Origin: Bacillus subtilis subsp. subtilis str. 168
GTDB taxonomy: Bacteria > Bacillota > Bacilli > Bacillales > Bacillaceae
Reading direction: 5' to 3'
Length of the DNA: 32,000 nucleotides
Assembly (NCBI RefSeq): GCF_000009045.1
Contig: NC_000964.3
Span: 2,670,001-2,702,000 of the forward strand
The position numbers and the translations under genes were made by a program. Positions 1 to 9,587 of this stretch are shown one piece after another. Position 1 is the stretch's first letter. Each line of letters starts with the position of its first letter. The notes under the pieces are model-generated. The model did no database searches. It was given only the letters and a program-made list of their open reading frames with translations, and was not told the DNA's origin.

Positions 1-370
1 CTGCTTCCCCCGCTGTTTCACACTCCAACGTCCCGTCAGCTGTGTATTGAAAATAAAGATTATCAACATAAAAGCGAGACCCTACAGGAATGGTCACGCC
101 TTCAGTAAACTCCCCTGCCCTGACTGCTTTTGTGGCAGCAGTCCGCTCAATGCCTGCTTCAGTAGCTCGTCGATCTAAAAATTCCCCTTGGGCCGTGTCT
201 GAGAAGACAAGTTCCAGAACAGTATCGAGCCAAATATAAGACTTGGCCAATTCTGCGGCTACAGGAGCTAACGCGTTATAAATCACGCTGCCTTCCCTTT
301 TATCAATGTCCGCTGAAATGCTGTTCAACATTCGATCCATAATCGATTCATAGGTTTGATCTTCAAACAT
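1..370 (-). CDS. yqbT: Baseplate J-like protein (YqbT/XkdT family), N-terminal part, runs off the left edge
   Basis: Reverse strand reads [77 protein letters not shown]..., typical of baseplate J proteins. The start overlaps the yqbS stop. Confidence 0.88.
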
Positions 371-797
371 CCTCGCCAAGCACCTCCTCGATCTCCAATG
401 TTCCTTCGTCAGTCTCGACTGTAAAGGAGACACGGAACGATTCGCCTTGTTTTTCTATTTCAAAATCTGTAACAGCAGAAATCCGATCGTCATAGATCAG
501 TGCTTCCTCTATCAGCCGAGGGATCTCCATTTTCTTATATGCGTCTGTTGTTTCGTTATCTGCCAGCACGTCTTGAAGTTCATTTCCAATGTCATGACTG
601 TAAACAGAATATGCGTATCGCTCAGTATGGAGAGACAAATATACAAACTGCTTGATCGCTTCAAGGCCTGTGATGATTTCATTTGTGATACGGCCATTTT
701 CAAAATCTATTTTGTAGGTTTGCGAGGTCTCTATGACTTCGCTGTCATCTTCTATATCCTCAAACTCGATTTCCGGAGACAAAGCCATTCCAAACAC
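363..797 (-). CDS. yqbS: Phage baseplate-associated protein, YqbS/XkdS-like
   Basis: 144-aa ORF in tail operon order, overlapping its neighbour. Confidence 0.85.
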
Positions 798-800
798 CTC

Positions 801-1064
801 CTATATTTTGTCGAGAATAAAAAATGATTGCCCGCCTTTTAAGGAGACAATCATCACACGCTCACCTGTATTTAATGCTTCTTCACCGGCCCGCAGCCGC
901 TTTGGAACAATAATCAAATCAGCAGGTATTATTAATTTGTCATTTTCATTAAGCCTTATTTCAACAGGGGAAACGGAAACCACTTCAGCCGGTAGAATAT
1001 CCACTGGCGACTCAGAATCAACTGCACGGACAGCCAAATGTTTGATTGCTTCACTTAATCTCAT
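801..1064 (-). CDS. yqbR: YqbR/XkdR-like phage tail/baseplate protein
   Basis: 87-aa ORF between the yqbQ and yqbS homologues. Confidence 0.85.
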   Translation of the reverse strand: MRLSEAIKHLAVRAVDSESPVDILPAEVVSVSPVEIRLNENDKLIIPADLIIVPKRLRAGEEALNTGERVMIVSLKGGQSFFILDKI

Positions 1065-2041
1065 GAGGAAACACCATCAGGGATAGAATTTTTCTCAACC
1101 ACATCAATGGTCATCGTGTGTGTCGATCCTTTAAATTCGTGTTTGTCTGTATCGATCCAGTATGTTTTCTTAACCCCGACTTCCGGAATTGAGATATAGA
1201 TGGGCAACCCGCTCTGAAGATCCGGAATGCCAATCGCTTGAATACTCTTGAGTTCTTTTTTAACACCTTTTTTCTGTGCCTGTTTGACTTTCGCACGCTC
1301 CTGAAGCTGCGCCTGGTTAATGTTATCAGAAACCGTTTCGACATACTGAAGCACACCATATTTACTGATCCCTGAGCTGTCACTTGCAGTGGCTGTGTAT
1401 GTTTTATTGTCTTTCTGCCGGCGGAGCTTTACTTTTGTGGCCGTGTCATTAATTGAAGTGCTGTATTGATAGCCGGTGATGTTCACACCCGTCTCCAACA
1501 CCCATACTTCTGACAGATCTGGCCAAGCGCGAAGGCCAAGCTTCCCCTTCGCAGAATATAATTGATAATTCCTTCCGGTTTGGCTTTTCGTTTGTTTCAA
1601 GGCTTTTAGAATCATGTCATAAAGGCTCGTATCATCTTTAAACACTAATGATTTAATGGTGTAACCTGTATTTGCAATGGATGTAGTCGGAATCTGAAAA
1701 TCTCGCGCCAACCGTTTTATAATCTCGTCTGCACGTTGATTTGAGAAAACATAAACATCTTTGTTCTTGACCAAATATTGCAGCATATCATAAGCCGTAA
1801 AAGTCATCCAGTGTTCTTCCGGATTGCGAGAAAACACAATGCCCCGGAACAGTTCTTTGCCCTTCCACTTAAATAAAACTGTATCCCCTTCAGATACGCT
1901 GTAATATGAATGGGTTCCCTGTTTCGTAATGATCTTGGCCGTAATCGATCGCGGCGCCTGATACCGTTGCCCTTCGAGGGAAACACTTTCAGTTACCAGC
2001 TCAAGCCATTCCGTTTCTTTAATGACGAAAAGTTCTATCAT
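1061..2041 (-). CDS. yqbQ: YqbQ/XkdQ-like tail hub/late control protein D-like protein
   Basis: 326-aa ORF, overlaps yqbR by 4 nt, position and sequence of the XkdQ family. Confidence 0.87.
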   Translation of the reverse strand: MIELFVIKETEWLELVTESVSLEGQRYQAPRSITAKIITKQGTHSYYSVSEGDTVLFKWKGKELFRGIVFSRNPEEHWMTFTAYDMLQYLVKNKDVYVFSNQRADEIIKRLARDFQIPTTSIANTGYTIKSLVFKDDTSLYDMILKALKQTKSQTGRNYQLYSAKGKLGLRAWPDLSEVWVLETGVNITGYQYSTSINDTATKVKLRRQKDNKTYTATASDSSGISKYGVLQYVETVSDNINQAQLQERAKVKQAQKKGVKKELKSIQAIGIPDLQSGLPIYISIPEVGVKKTYWIDTDKHEFKGSTHTMTIDVVEKNSIPDGVSS

Positions 2042-2053
2042 GTCATCACCTGC

Positions 2054-2713
2054 TTACTGCGGTATTTTTAATTTTTGCCCAGGAAAGATCCAGTGTCCTG
2101 GCTGTCTTATATTCCGTTTGCTTCGTTTGATCATAGCCTTTTTATTGACTTTCCATATCTTGCGCCATTTTGTACTGTCTCCATAAAATTTGCCGGCAAG
2201 GTCCCACAGTGTATCGCCTTTCTTAACGGTGTATGTTTTAGGAGCTGATTTAGATGGCCGTTTCTTCTTCGTCTTTTTCTTCTGCTTGATCTTCCGCGGC
2301 GAAGCAGTTTTGTATTCCTTCAGCTTTATTTCATAATCACGATCACCTATATCTTTTTGGCCCTCTGTATAAGAAAAAACCTCGATACTGCAAGTTAAAT
2401 TAATTTTCGTTCCAGTAATTAAGAATTGAACCGGCTTTTTAGATTTCACCCATTTCTCGATCTTTGCAATAGCATTTTCAGGAGAAGGAAATCCCTTATA
2501 CTCAGCAAGCGGGCTGTGTTTCTTTGGAAAAAAAGAAGAGAACGAAATTTCTTTCGCTCCCGGTTTATCAATAAAAGTGATCTCCCCAAAACTAGCCACT
2601 TTTACTGATTCATTTTGAATTGTGTTGGATATATCAATTTGTTCAGGAAGGACCGGAAGCCGCAGCTTGTCCTTCCCTTGTGAAATCCAGAATTCATATA
2701 TGGATTTAGTCAA
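2054..2713 (-). CDS. yqbP: LysM-domain tail protein YqbP/XkdP-like
   Basis: C-terminal LysM motif [34 protein letters not shown] start preferred (GAAGGGAG upstream), giving 219 aa; the track extends to 2767. Confidence 0.88.
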   Translation of the reverse strand: MTKSIYEFWISQGKDKLRLPVLPEQIDISNTIQNESVKVASFGEITFIDKPGAKEISFSSFFPKKHSPLAEYKGFPSPENAIAKIEKWVKSKKPVQFLITGTKINLTCSIEVFSYTEGQKDIGDRDYEIKLKEYKTASPRKIKQKKKTKKKRPSKSAPKTYTVKKGDTLWDLAGKFYGDSTKWRKIWKVNKKAMIKRSKRNIRQPGHWIFPGQKLKIPQ

Positions 2714-5700
2714 AAGCAACGACTCCCTTCGTTCCAATGTTGATATCCTGTTCAAGCTCATCGACAAGGGCCTGCTTAATCTTAGCTACAAGACTGTTCA
2801 TGTCTTGGTCATTGTGAAAATGCTGATCGCCATTAAACTGAATAATGACCTCTTTGCCACCTGCAGCTTTAAACGTTGTTTGATTACGACCCGTTGTGGC
2901 AGCTGTTACCTGACCTGAAGATAATTCAGTTTGACCTTTTTCAGATGGGTCTGTGACTTCCATTCCGAGTGCCTTAGCTGCTTGGGCTAATAAATAACGT
3001 CCACGGATGCCTCGCTCCTCCGGAATGATCCATTCCCTTTTGTTTCCTTCACCGACACGGGCAATCTGCTCTTTGGTAATAAGTCCGCCGTTAGCGTAGC
3101 CAACATATGGACCTCCATGTCTCATGCTTCTAATGCCTGGTACATTATTAATTGATCCATATCTGCTTTTGATATAGCCAATCGCAGCAGCAGCGTTGTG
3201 AATCGGGTTAAGAATGTTATTCATGCCCGGCAATTTGTGTGCGTTGAAGGTACTTGGGATTGTCTGCATGAGCCCCTGAGATGGATGTCCTGCTTTCGCA
3301 TTACTATCCCATAAGTTGATTGCCTTCGGATTACCGCCTGACTCATGCTGAGCAATTGTCATCAGCCCTGGAAGCCAGCTCATCGGTGTCTTTGTAGCCA
3401 TGATAGCAGCCATGAGCCATTGCTTCACATTTCCGCTTACTGCGCCCATTCCAGAATAAGCGGCAGCTAGTGAGCCTGCTTGTTTTTCAGCAAACTTTTT
3501 TACATCAACAGAATCCAGACCTTTTACAATACCTATAGAGGCAAAACGCCCAAGACTCATCATGACACGGGAAGGTGAATGAATATCCAGCTCTTCACGA
3601 AATGCCTTCTCAACTTTTTTCGCCAGTTCCTTGGCAGCCTCATTGACTTCACTTGCCTTAGAAGTCATGCCTGAAACAAAATTACCGATCATACCGCTTC
3701 CCCATCCGTTTGATGATTCTTTAGAGCGGATAAACGGCTTGTTAATATGAGTGCTGACGTATTGATCAGTACCAGTTTGTGAGCTATTTTGTCCGGAAGC
3801 AAAACCTTTGATCGTTCCGCTTCCCCATGATGAAGATTTATTAACAGTGTTCTGAAATGGCATTTTAACCTTCGTCTGCAAGAAGCCATCTGTACCGGTC
3901 GAAGTGCTGTTTTGACCTTTAGCATAACCATTGACCACTTGCTTTCCGTAATTCGGAGAATAAGAGATTAAATTGTTCATTGGTTGTCCAACGTTTTTCT
4001 GTTTCCATGCTTCCATAGAAACAACATTATCTCTAATTCCTTGATCAAAGCTCTTCGTGAACTGTTGACCAAATGATGTTGCTTGTTCATCAAGACTGGA
4101 TGTGTCAATAATAGGAGATACAGAAGCAGTCACCGCCGCACTACGGACTAGCGGGGAAGTTGCCGGTTCACCTCCTGCAGATGAAGCAGACGCTATATCA
4201 TCAACCACACTCATCCCTAATTTCGAAGCAGCTTGAGAAAGGAGCATTTTGCCGCGACCTTTATTATTCTCAACAGGGATAACGAATTCTTTACCAGCTT
4301 CACCAATCCAAGATATTGTTGGCTTCGTAATGTAACCACCAGTAGCATGTTTCTTTGGCTTTTCTTTTCCCGAACCAAATAAATAATTTACGCCACTCTT
4401 CACATATCCCCACGCTTTACCAGCAGTTTTTTTCGCACTTGAAGCTACTTTACCACCAACTTCTTTTACCCCGCCTAAAATACTGCTTCCCAATTCCTTT
4501 ACACTCTGCCACTTTTCAGACCACCACTTCTTACTAAAAAGGGTTTCTGAGATGGAACTCTTAACACTTTTCCATATTGATTTAGCATTGTCCCATTTAT
4601 TTTTGGACCAGCTTTTTACACTTTCCCATTTTCCTGACCACCACTTCTCGCTAAATAGAGTGGATTTCAGCTTTCCTTTAACTGATTGCCAAACAGAAGA
4701 CGCGCTGTCCCACTTACTTTGAGCCCAACTTTTTACGCCTTCCCATTTACCTGACCACCACTTCTCACTAAACAAAGTGGATTTTATTTTTCCCTTTACG
4801 GACTCCCAAACAGATGATGCACTATTCCATTTGTTTTGTGCCCAGCTTTTAACGCCAGACCACTTTTCAGACCACCATTCACTATTAAATAAAGTGGACT
4901 TCACCTTTTCTTTTACATTAGACCATGTATCACTTAACCCATTGATGGAAGTCTTCGCATTACTCTTAATGCCTGACCATTTTTCAGACCACCATTTTTG
5001 ATCAAATAATGTACTGTTTAGTTTCTTCTTTACTTCTGAACCATCAAACGCTTTACCTAAACTTGAGCCGCCCATGGTGCCTGCTATACCACCAACTAAT
5101 CCACCAATAGCTGTTCCCACTCCTGGAATAACACTGCCAATAGCTGCTCCTGTAGCCGCTCCAGCAAGGCCACCGCCAGCTGATCCAATTTTTTCACCAA
5201 CATTATCTTTATTCATCCCAATTAAATCGGTTGCCGCTAACGCTGTTCCTAATAGAGGGACTCCCTTTGCAAACTTGCCAACACTTTTCAGAGGACTTAA
5301 GACTTTCCCGAACTTCGATGTACCGCCTGCAGCTCTACCAGCTGAGTATAGCTCCGATCTCGTAGTGATTATTGCTGATCTTGAATCTCTAGTTGGATTA
5401 GTACCTACAGTTCTACCGGAACGCCTTCTCTCCAACCGTTCAGATGACACAGCAATTGAACTATCAGAAGGGTTCATTCGGTTTGGATTACCGCGTCGAC
5501 CTAAAACTCTTTTCCCTCGTCTTCTACGAATGCGATCATTTTTACCTCCATCGCTACAACAGCAATATGTCAAGCTGCCGCTTCGAGGTAAACTCGTTGG
5601 ACCTGTGGCAGTTTTGGATTCTCTGCCCCTTGTGCTAGCATTACGATTACTGTTTCTATTCCTCCTTTCACTTTGCGTATTAGTACCAGCTTTAGGAGTA

Positions 5701-7463
5701 CGTTTTGGAATTAATTTTCGGATTACGCCTGCTGCATCACTTCCGACAGTACCTATGCCTTTTAACAGCGGACGAAGTATTTTCAAATAACCAATCAATC
5801 CAATTAAAGAGGGGATCACAACTTTAATCGCTGTTTTCAAATCATCCCAATGGTTGACGCTCCACTCAATGGCTACGTTTAACTTATCACCTATCTCCTC
5901 ACCTAGATCAGCAATATCTTTTTTGATCTCTTTAAGTTTTTCCTGACCTTCTTTACTGTTAATGAACGAGCTGATTTTATCAAAGGCCGGTCCTAATCCA
6001 GTTAGCAGAGAGGTTCCCATATCCTTAGATATGCTTTCAAAATCTCTCATGGCATCATTAACCGGTGTCATCGGGTTATTATCCCGAAGTTTCGTAAAGC
6101 TTCGTTCCAATTCACCGCTTGTTTTGGCACTTGTACCAATACCCTCAGCCATATCTAAAATAGGCTGCTTAAGGTCTTCATATTGTGTCCCGATAAGCTC
6201 AGTCGCAATAGCAGCCCGCTTTGTTTTGTCTTTCACTTTAGAAAGGGCTTTTGCCACCCTAAATAAACTTTCCTCTCCGCTTATTGAACCATCTTTGAAG
6301 CCCTTGAACATTTTCTTAGTTTCCTTGGCTCCGAACAGTGTTTTAAATGCGTCCACTTGACTATCAGACATTTCGGTTCGGCGGATGTTAAACTCACGCA
6401 TACTATCGGCTAGGTTATCGAAGTTTCTGGCTCCACCCTTTGTTCCTTTTATCATCGCGTTTGCAATTTGGCCGCCTGTGAGCTTCAAGTCTTTAAAGGT
6501 GGAACTGTATTCATTCATCGTGTCTAATAAATCATCAGCCTGGTCACCGGCATTCCGGTATACATAAGCAATTAAGTCTCCGCTTTGTTTCCCAGACAAT
6601 TTCAAGTTGTTATACATTGAACTGAAAGCACGATCTACCTCTGCCTGATCAGCATTCATAAGCTGGGCAATCTTACTTGATGACTCAGTCAATTCAGCCA
6701 GAGCTTTTTTAGACGCCCCTGTCTGTTGCGATAAGTTTCTTAGAGATAAACTGACTTCTTCCCGAGAACTGCCCGCTTTATTGTTGAAATAGATCTGATC
6801 CGTCATTTTTGCAACATCTTTCTTATTAACGTTTGAAGTTGCTGACACATAAGCATCCTGAGACATTGTGCTTTTACCAGAACCCATAATTGAACCTGCA
6901 GAAAAACCACCTGCAACTGCCAGAGTAATGGTAGCACCCTTCAAGCTGTCTATTTTCGCTTCAATAGCATCCAGAGCCGCTGAAGCTCTATCCTTAATAG
7001 AAACAGTTGGCTCTGCATGTTCGCTATCTACATCAGTCACATGACGACGGATCTCATCTAATTGGTTAGAAGCATGATCACGTACTGAAACAGTTGGCTC
7101 AGCGTGCGAGCTATTCAAATCAGTGAGACCTCCACGGATCAAACGAAAACGTGGTGTAGCTTGATCATTTACGGAAACCGTCACCTCATGACTGCCTTCG
7201 GTAAGATCCTCTGCTTGCTGGCGTATAGAATGTAAGCCATTCGAAACTCGATCATCTAAACCCATTTCAAGCAATCGAGCCCGAGCCGTCAAACGGTTGG
7301 CTGATCGATCAATTTGCCGCATAACTCTTTCAGTCCGGTCTTCAGCCTCAAAAATAAGAGGGCCATTAGCAGCCCTCTTAAGTCTTTCAGCATTGCCTTG
7401 TATCATTCGAAGCTTGCGGGAAATCTTATCATGTAATTCAAACGTGGCTGTTAGTTTAGCCAT
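2706..7463 (-). CDS. yqbO: Tail tape measure protein with C-terminal lytic transglycosylase (SLT-like) domain, YqbO/XkdO family
   Basis: 1585 aa, hydrophobic gly/ala-rich segment, Trp-rich tandem repeats, C-terminal [17 protein letters not shown]...[13 protein letters not shown] transglycosylase motif. Confidence 0.95.
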   Translation of the reverse strand: MAKLTATFELHDKISRKLRMIQGNAERLKRAANGPLIFEAEDRTERVMRQIDRSANRLTARARLLEMGLDDRVSNGLHSIRQQAEDLTEGSHEVTVSVNDQATPRFRLIRGGLTDLNSSHAEPTVSVRDHASNQLDEIRRHVTDVDSEHAEPTVSIKDRASAALDAIEAKIDSLKGATITLAVAGGFSAGSIMGSGKSTMSQDAYVSATSNVNKKDVAKMTDQIYFNNKAGSSREEVSLSLRNLSQQTGASKKALAELTESSSKIAQLMNADQAEVDRAFSSMYNNLKLSGKQSGDLIAYVYRNAGDQADDLLDTMNEYSSTFKDLKLTGGQIANAMIKGTKGGARNFDNLADSMREFNIRRTEMSDSQVDAFKTLFGAKETKKMFKGFKDGSISGEESLFRVAKALSKVKDKTKRAAIATELIGTQYEDLKQPILDMAEGIGTSAKTSGELERSFTKLRDNNPMTPVNDAMRDFESISKDMGTSLLTGLGPAFDKISSFINSKEGQEKLKEIKKDIADLGEEIGDKLNVAIEWSVNHWDDLKTAIKVVIPSLIGLIGYLKILRPLLKGIGTVGSDAAGVIRKLIPKRTPKAGTNTQSERRNRNSNRNASTRGRESKTATGPTSLPRSGSLTYCCCSDGGKNDRIRRRRGKRVLGRRGNPNRMNPSDSSIAVSSERLERRRSGRTVGTNPTRDSRSAIITTRSELYSAGRAAGGTSKFGKVLSPLKSVGKFAKGVPLLGTALAATDLIGMNKDNVGEKIGSAGGGLAGAATGAAIGSVIPGVGTAIGGLVGGIAGTMGGSSLGKAFDGSEVKKKLNSTLFDQKWWSEKWSGIKSNAKTSINGLSDTWSNVKEKVKSTLFNSEWWSEKWSGVKSWAQNKWNSASSVWESVKGKIKSTLFSEKWWSGKWEGVKSWAQSKWDSASSVWQSVKGKLKSTLFSEKWWSGKWESVKSWSKNKWDNAKSIWKSVKSSISETLFSKKWWSEKWQSVKELGSSILGGVKEVGGKVASSAKKTAGKAWGYVKSGVNYLFGSGKEKPKKHATGGYITKPTISWIGEAGKEFVIPVENNKGRGKMLLSQAASKLGMSVVDDIASASSAGGEPATSPLVRSAAVTASVSPIIDTSSLDEQATSFGQQFTKSFDQGIRDNVVSMEAWKQKNVGQPMNNLISYSPNYGKQVVNGYAKGQNSTSTGTDGFLQTKVKMPFQNTVNKSSSWGSGTIKGFASGQNSSQTGTDQYVSTHINKPFIRSKESSNGWGSGMIGNFVSGMTSKASEVNEAAKELAKKVEKAFREELDIHSPSRVMMSLGRFASIGIVKGLDSVDVKKFAEKQAGSLAAAYSGMGAVSGNVKQWLMAAIMATKTPMSWLPGLMTIAQHESGGNPKAINLWDSNAKAGHPSQGLMQTIPSTFNAHKLPGMNNILNPIHNAAAAIGYIKSRYGSINNVPGIRSMRHGGPYVGYANGGLITKEQIARVGEGNKREWIIPEERGIRGRYLLAQAAKALGMEVTDPSEKGQTELSSGQVTAATTGRNQTTFKAAGGKEVIIQFNGDQHFHNDQDMNSLVAKIKQALVDELEQDINIGTKGVVAFD
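4431..5015 (-). repeat. Five tandem 117-bp (39-aa) Trp-rich repeats inside the tape measure gene
   Basis: Units such as [39 protein letters not shown]. The KWW positions recur exactly every 117 bp (4519, 4636, 4753, 4870, 4987). Confidence 0.9.
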
Positions 7464-7465
7464 AG

Positions 7466-8094
7466 TTAATTACCTCCCTTCTTCGCTTCTTTTTCTAACA
7501 GCTCAAGCTTAAAACCGATTAATCCATATAAGAGCGCCTTGAATGCTTTCGGAGCCTCATATAGTTCTCTTAATTCTGACGGGGCGTATTTGAGCTCATG
7601 CATAGCATAGTAAAGGTATACAGCCTCTTTGTCCCCGTCTTTTACTAGTTTTTTGCTGCTTCTTCAAGGTCTTCGAGATCATCATCAAAACCGTTGATTT
7701 CAATTGCTTTGTTCAGCCAATTTGCATATTCACCGCCGACTGAAAGAACACGTTTGGCGACTTCCACTGGATCTTCTGTTTTGTAAGCCTCACGTAGTTC
7801 CTTAGCTTTAAAGTTCGGATAAACAGTCGTTTCAACCGCAATACGAGCATAAAAGCGTTGGCTGTCCAACTCCTTCACACGGCCGCGGCCTTTTACATTT
7901 TTGTAAGTGGTGTTCTCTTTCTCAAGTTCGTCAATTCGTTCAGTCGTAATTGCTTTGAAAATGAATGGAACAACATTGCCTTCTTTGTCTACAAACCGTT
8001 TAGAAATCGGAACTTCTACCTCTTCCGCTTCAATTGTTTGTCCTGGCATAAAGAATGAAAGATCGTATACTTTTTCGTTTTGTTTTTCACTCAT
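7466..8094 (-). CDS. Predicted -1 frameshift fusion product of the tail assembly chaperone (YqbN plus 60-aa extension)
   Basis: Slippery heptamer AAAAAAC (minus strand; forward 7648-7654) directly before the yqbN TAG stop. The -1 frame then reads [60 protein letters not shown] and stops just before the yqbO start. Confidence 0.8.
7645..8094 (-). CDS. yqbN: Tail assembly chaperone, zero-frame product (YqbN/XkdN-like)
   Basis: 149-aa ORF between tail tube and tape measure genes. Confidence 0.9.
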   Translation of the reverse strand: MSEKQNEKVYDLSFFMPGQTIEAEEVEVPISKRFVDKEGNVVPFIFKAITTERIDELEKENTTYKNVKGRGRVKELDSQRFYARIAVETTVYPNFKAKELREAYKTEDPVEVAKRVLSVGGEYANWLNKAIEINGFDDDLEDLEEAAKN

Positions 8095-8135
8095 GTTTAT
8101 TAACTCCTTTTACTTTTTAGTTTTGGACAAGAAAA

Positions 8136-8166
8136 AAAGCACATTCATACTTTTTGAATGTGCTTT
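8136..8166 (-). terminator. Intrinsic terminator for minus-strand transcription upstream of yqbN
   Basis: 12-bp perfect stem AAAGCACATTCA/TGAATGTGCTTT with 7-nt loop; on the minus strand followed by a T-tract (TTTTTTTCTTG). Confidence 0.75.
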
Positions 8167-8180
8167 CCATATAATTCATG

Positions 8181-8186
8181 TATAAT
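8181..8186 (+). promoter_or_regulatory. txpA -10 element (TATAAT)
   Basis: TATAAT about 54 nt upstream of the txpA start codon. No good -35 found. Confidence 0.6.
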
Positions 8187-8239
8187 AGATTCTTGAAGCT
8201 ACCTTAGCTTATCCTCCGAATATGAAAGGAGGTGAAATT

Positions 8240-8419
8240 ATGTCGACCTATGAATCTCTAATGGTCATGATCGGCTTTGCCAATTTAATAGGCGGGATTA
8301 TGACATGGGTAATATCTCTTTTAACATTATTATTCATGCTTAGAAAAAAAGACACTCATCCTATTTACATTACTGTAAAGGAAAAGTGTCTACACGAGGA
8401 CCCTCCTATTAAAGGGTAG
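8240..8419 (+). CDS. txpA: Type I toxin TxpA, 59 aa
   Basis: MSTYESLMVMIGFANLIGGIMTWVISLLTLLFMLRKKDTHPIYITVKEKCLHEDPPIKG. Preceded by GAAAGGAGGTGAAATT. The track start at 8222 includes the RBS. Confidence 0.95.
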   Translation: MSTYESLMVMIGFANLIGGIMTWVISLLTLLFMLRKKDTHPIYITVKEKCLHEDPPIKG

Positions 8420-8565
8420 TTTCTTTTTTAAAAGCTAGAGTGCTGCCACACTCTGGCTTTTATATTTTAGCATTTCTCATGAAAGTAACACACATTAACA
8501 AGTGGTAATGTGGTAATGTGGTACCAACTATAAGCTTACGCCAGTAGTTGCAATACTTTTGCTTG
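8342..8565 (-). ncRNA. ratA: RatA antisense RNA (type I antitoxin of txpA), approximate limits
   Basis: Minus-strand -10 TATAAT at forward 8571-8576, convergent with txpA. Left limit estimated from the known length of about 220 nt and the overlap with the txpA 3' end. Confidence 0.7.
8430..8458 (+). terminator. txpA transcription terminator
   Basis: AGAGTG CTGCCA CACTCT followed by GGCTTTTTAT. Confidence 0.7.
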
Positions 8566-8804
8566 GCACCATTATAACATGAATATATATTGATTATATA
8601 ATTATTTGTATCTTTTATTTGTTACTTTTTTTATCTATGAGTTCAAAATGACCTGATCATAGAAGCCTTAACCCTTTTTCTTTTATTAAAAACCCTCGGA
8701 TTATGAAAGTGTTATGGTACAATATGGTTTAGTATAAATGAATATTGGCTTTCAACATCTCAAGGGCGGTCTGGCTCACTCCCTCATGAAAGGGGGTGAT
8801 GCAC

Positions 8805-8888
8805 GTGTCAACATTTCAAGCATTAATGCTTATGCTTGCTTTCGGGTCATTTATAATTGCCCTGTTGACTTATATAAAGAAGAAATAG
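8805..8888 (+). CDS. bsrH: BsrE/BsrH-family type I toxin, 27 aa, GTG start
   Basis: GTG TCA ACA TTT CAA GCA TTA ATG... encodes (V/M)STFQALMLMLAFGSFIIALLTYIKKK, preceded by AAAGGGGGTGATGCAC. The ORF track lists a different frame (8738-8923). Confidence 0.85.
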   Translation: MSTFQALMLMLAFGSFIIALLTYIKKK

Positions 8889-8988
8889 ACCCACCCCTTG
8901 AGCTCGGCAAAGTAAAAGGGTAAAGTCTATCCTAAATACTTTCATGAAGTTGTTAAGCCAGCCCTCTTGATGGGCCAACATTTATACT

Positions 8989-9016
8989 GACCCGGCGGCA
9001 ACCGGGTCTCTTTTAT
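8989..9016 (+). terminator. Terminator downstream of the BsrH-like toxin gene
   Basis: GACCCGG CGGCAA CCGGGTC followed by TCTTTTATTTT. Confidence 0.8.
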
Positions 9017-9141
9017 TTTATGCATTTCTTTTGAAAGAAATACATGTTTCCATTTGGTACGGTTGAATTACTTCTAAAGTAATCTTACCACATTTTTTCG
9101 TAAATATCTTCGTTAAAGTCGGCGATTTTTCGTGAAAGTGA

Positions 9142-9585
9142 TTAGAATGTGGATTTTAACTGTTCAGGCACATCAAAATCCTCAAAGGTAAACGGCACTT
9201 CTTCTTCCAATGCTTCAGAATCAACATCAAGCCCAGCGATTTTCGCAGAATCAAAGTTCACATCGTACAAGGTGACTCGTTCAGTCCCACGACCTGAAGA
9301 GGCGTCATCTAGAACAGCTTGTAAGGTGAAATAAGGATCACTTCCCTTTTTCACATAGTCCATCATAATAAGAACAAATTGAGAAGTCACTTTATAAAAA
9401 GTGGCTGTTCCCGTTCCATTTGCTCCGGTCGTTTTGTGCCCCGTCATCCGACGACCCATGATATTGACCTCGGATTTGTTTTTCTCTACATTGGCTTCAA
9501 ACGTTTTGATATGGGCCATTTCTTCTCCATCAAGAAACAACCTGCCCTCTTTACCTGAAATGGTGTTTTGCGCTTTTAATGCCAT
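9142..9585 (-). CDS. yqbM: Tail tube protein (YqbM/XkdM-like)
   Basis: 147 aa, MALKAQNTISGKEGRLFLDGEEMAHIKTFEANVEKNKSEVNIMG, downstream of the sheath gene. Confidence 0.92.
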   Translation of the reverse strand: MALKAQNTISGKEGRLFLDGEEMAHIKTFEANVEKNKSEVNIMGRRMTGHKTTGANGTGTATFYKVTSQFVLIMMDYVKKGSDPYFTLQAVLDDASSGRGTERVTLYDVNFDSAKIAGLDVDSEALEEEVPFTFEDFDVPEQLKSTF

Positions 9586-9587
9586 TC

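Noticed and set aside
5400-5720. Frameshift or pseudogenisation in yqbO
   Set aside because: The basic low-complexity region looked out-of-frame, but alternative frames contain stops and the main frame stays open to a normal C-terminal transglycosylase domain.
5074-5790. 238-aa plus-strand ORF opposite yqbO
   Set aside because: It lies fully antisense to the tape measure gene, is Pro/Leu-rich as expected from the opposite strand of Gly/Arg-rich coding sequence, and has no domain resemblance or good RBS.
8738-8923. 61-aa plus-strand ORF listed in the track
   Set aside because: It has no RBS, and the region is better explained by the 27-aa BsrE/BsrH-like toxin in another frame starting at GTG 8805.
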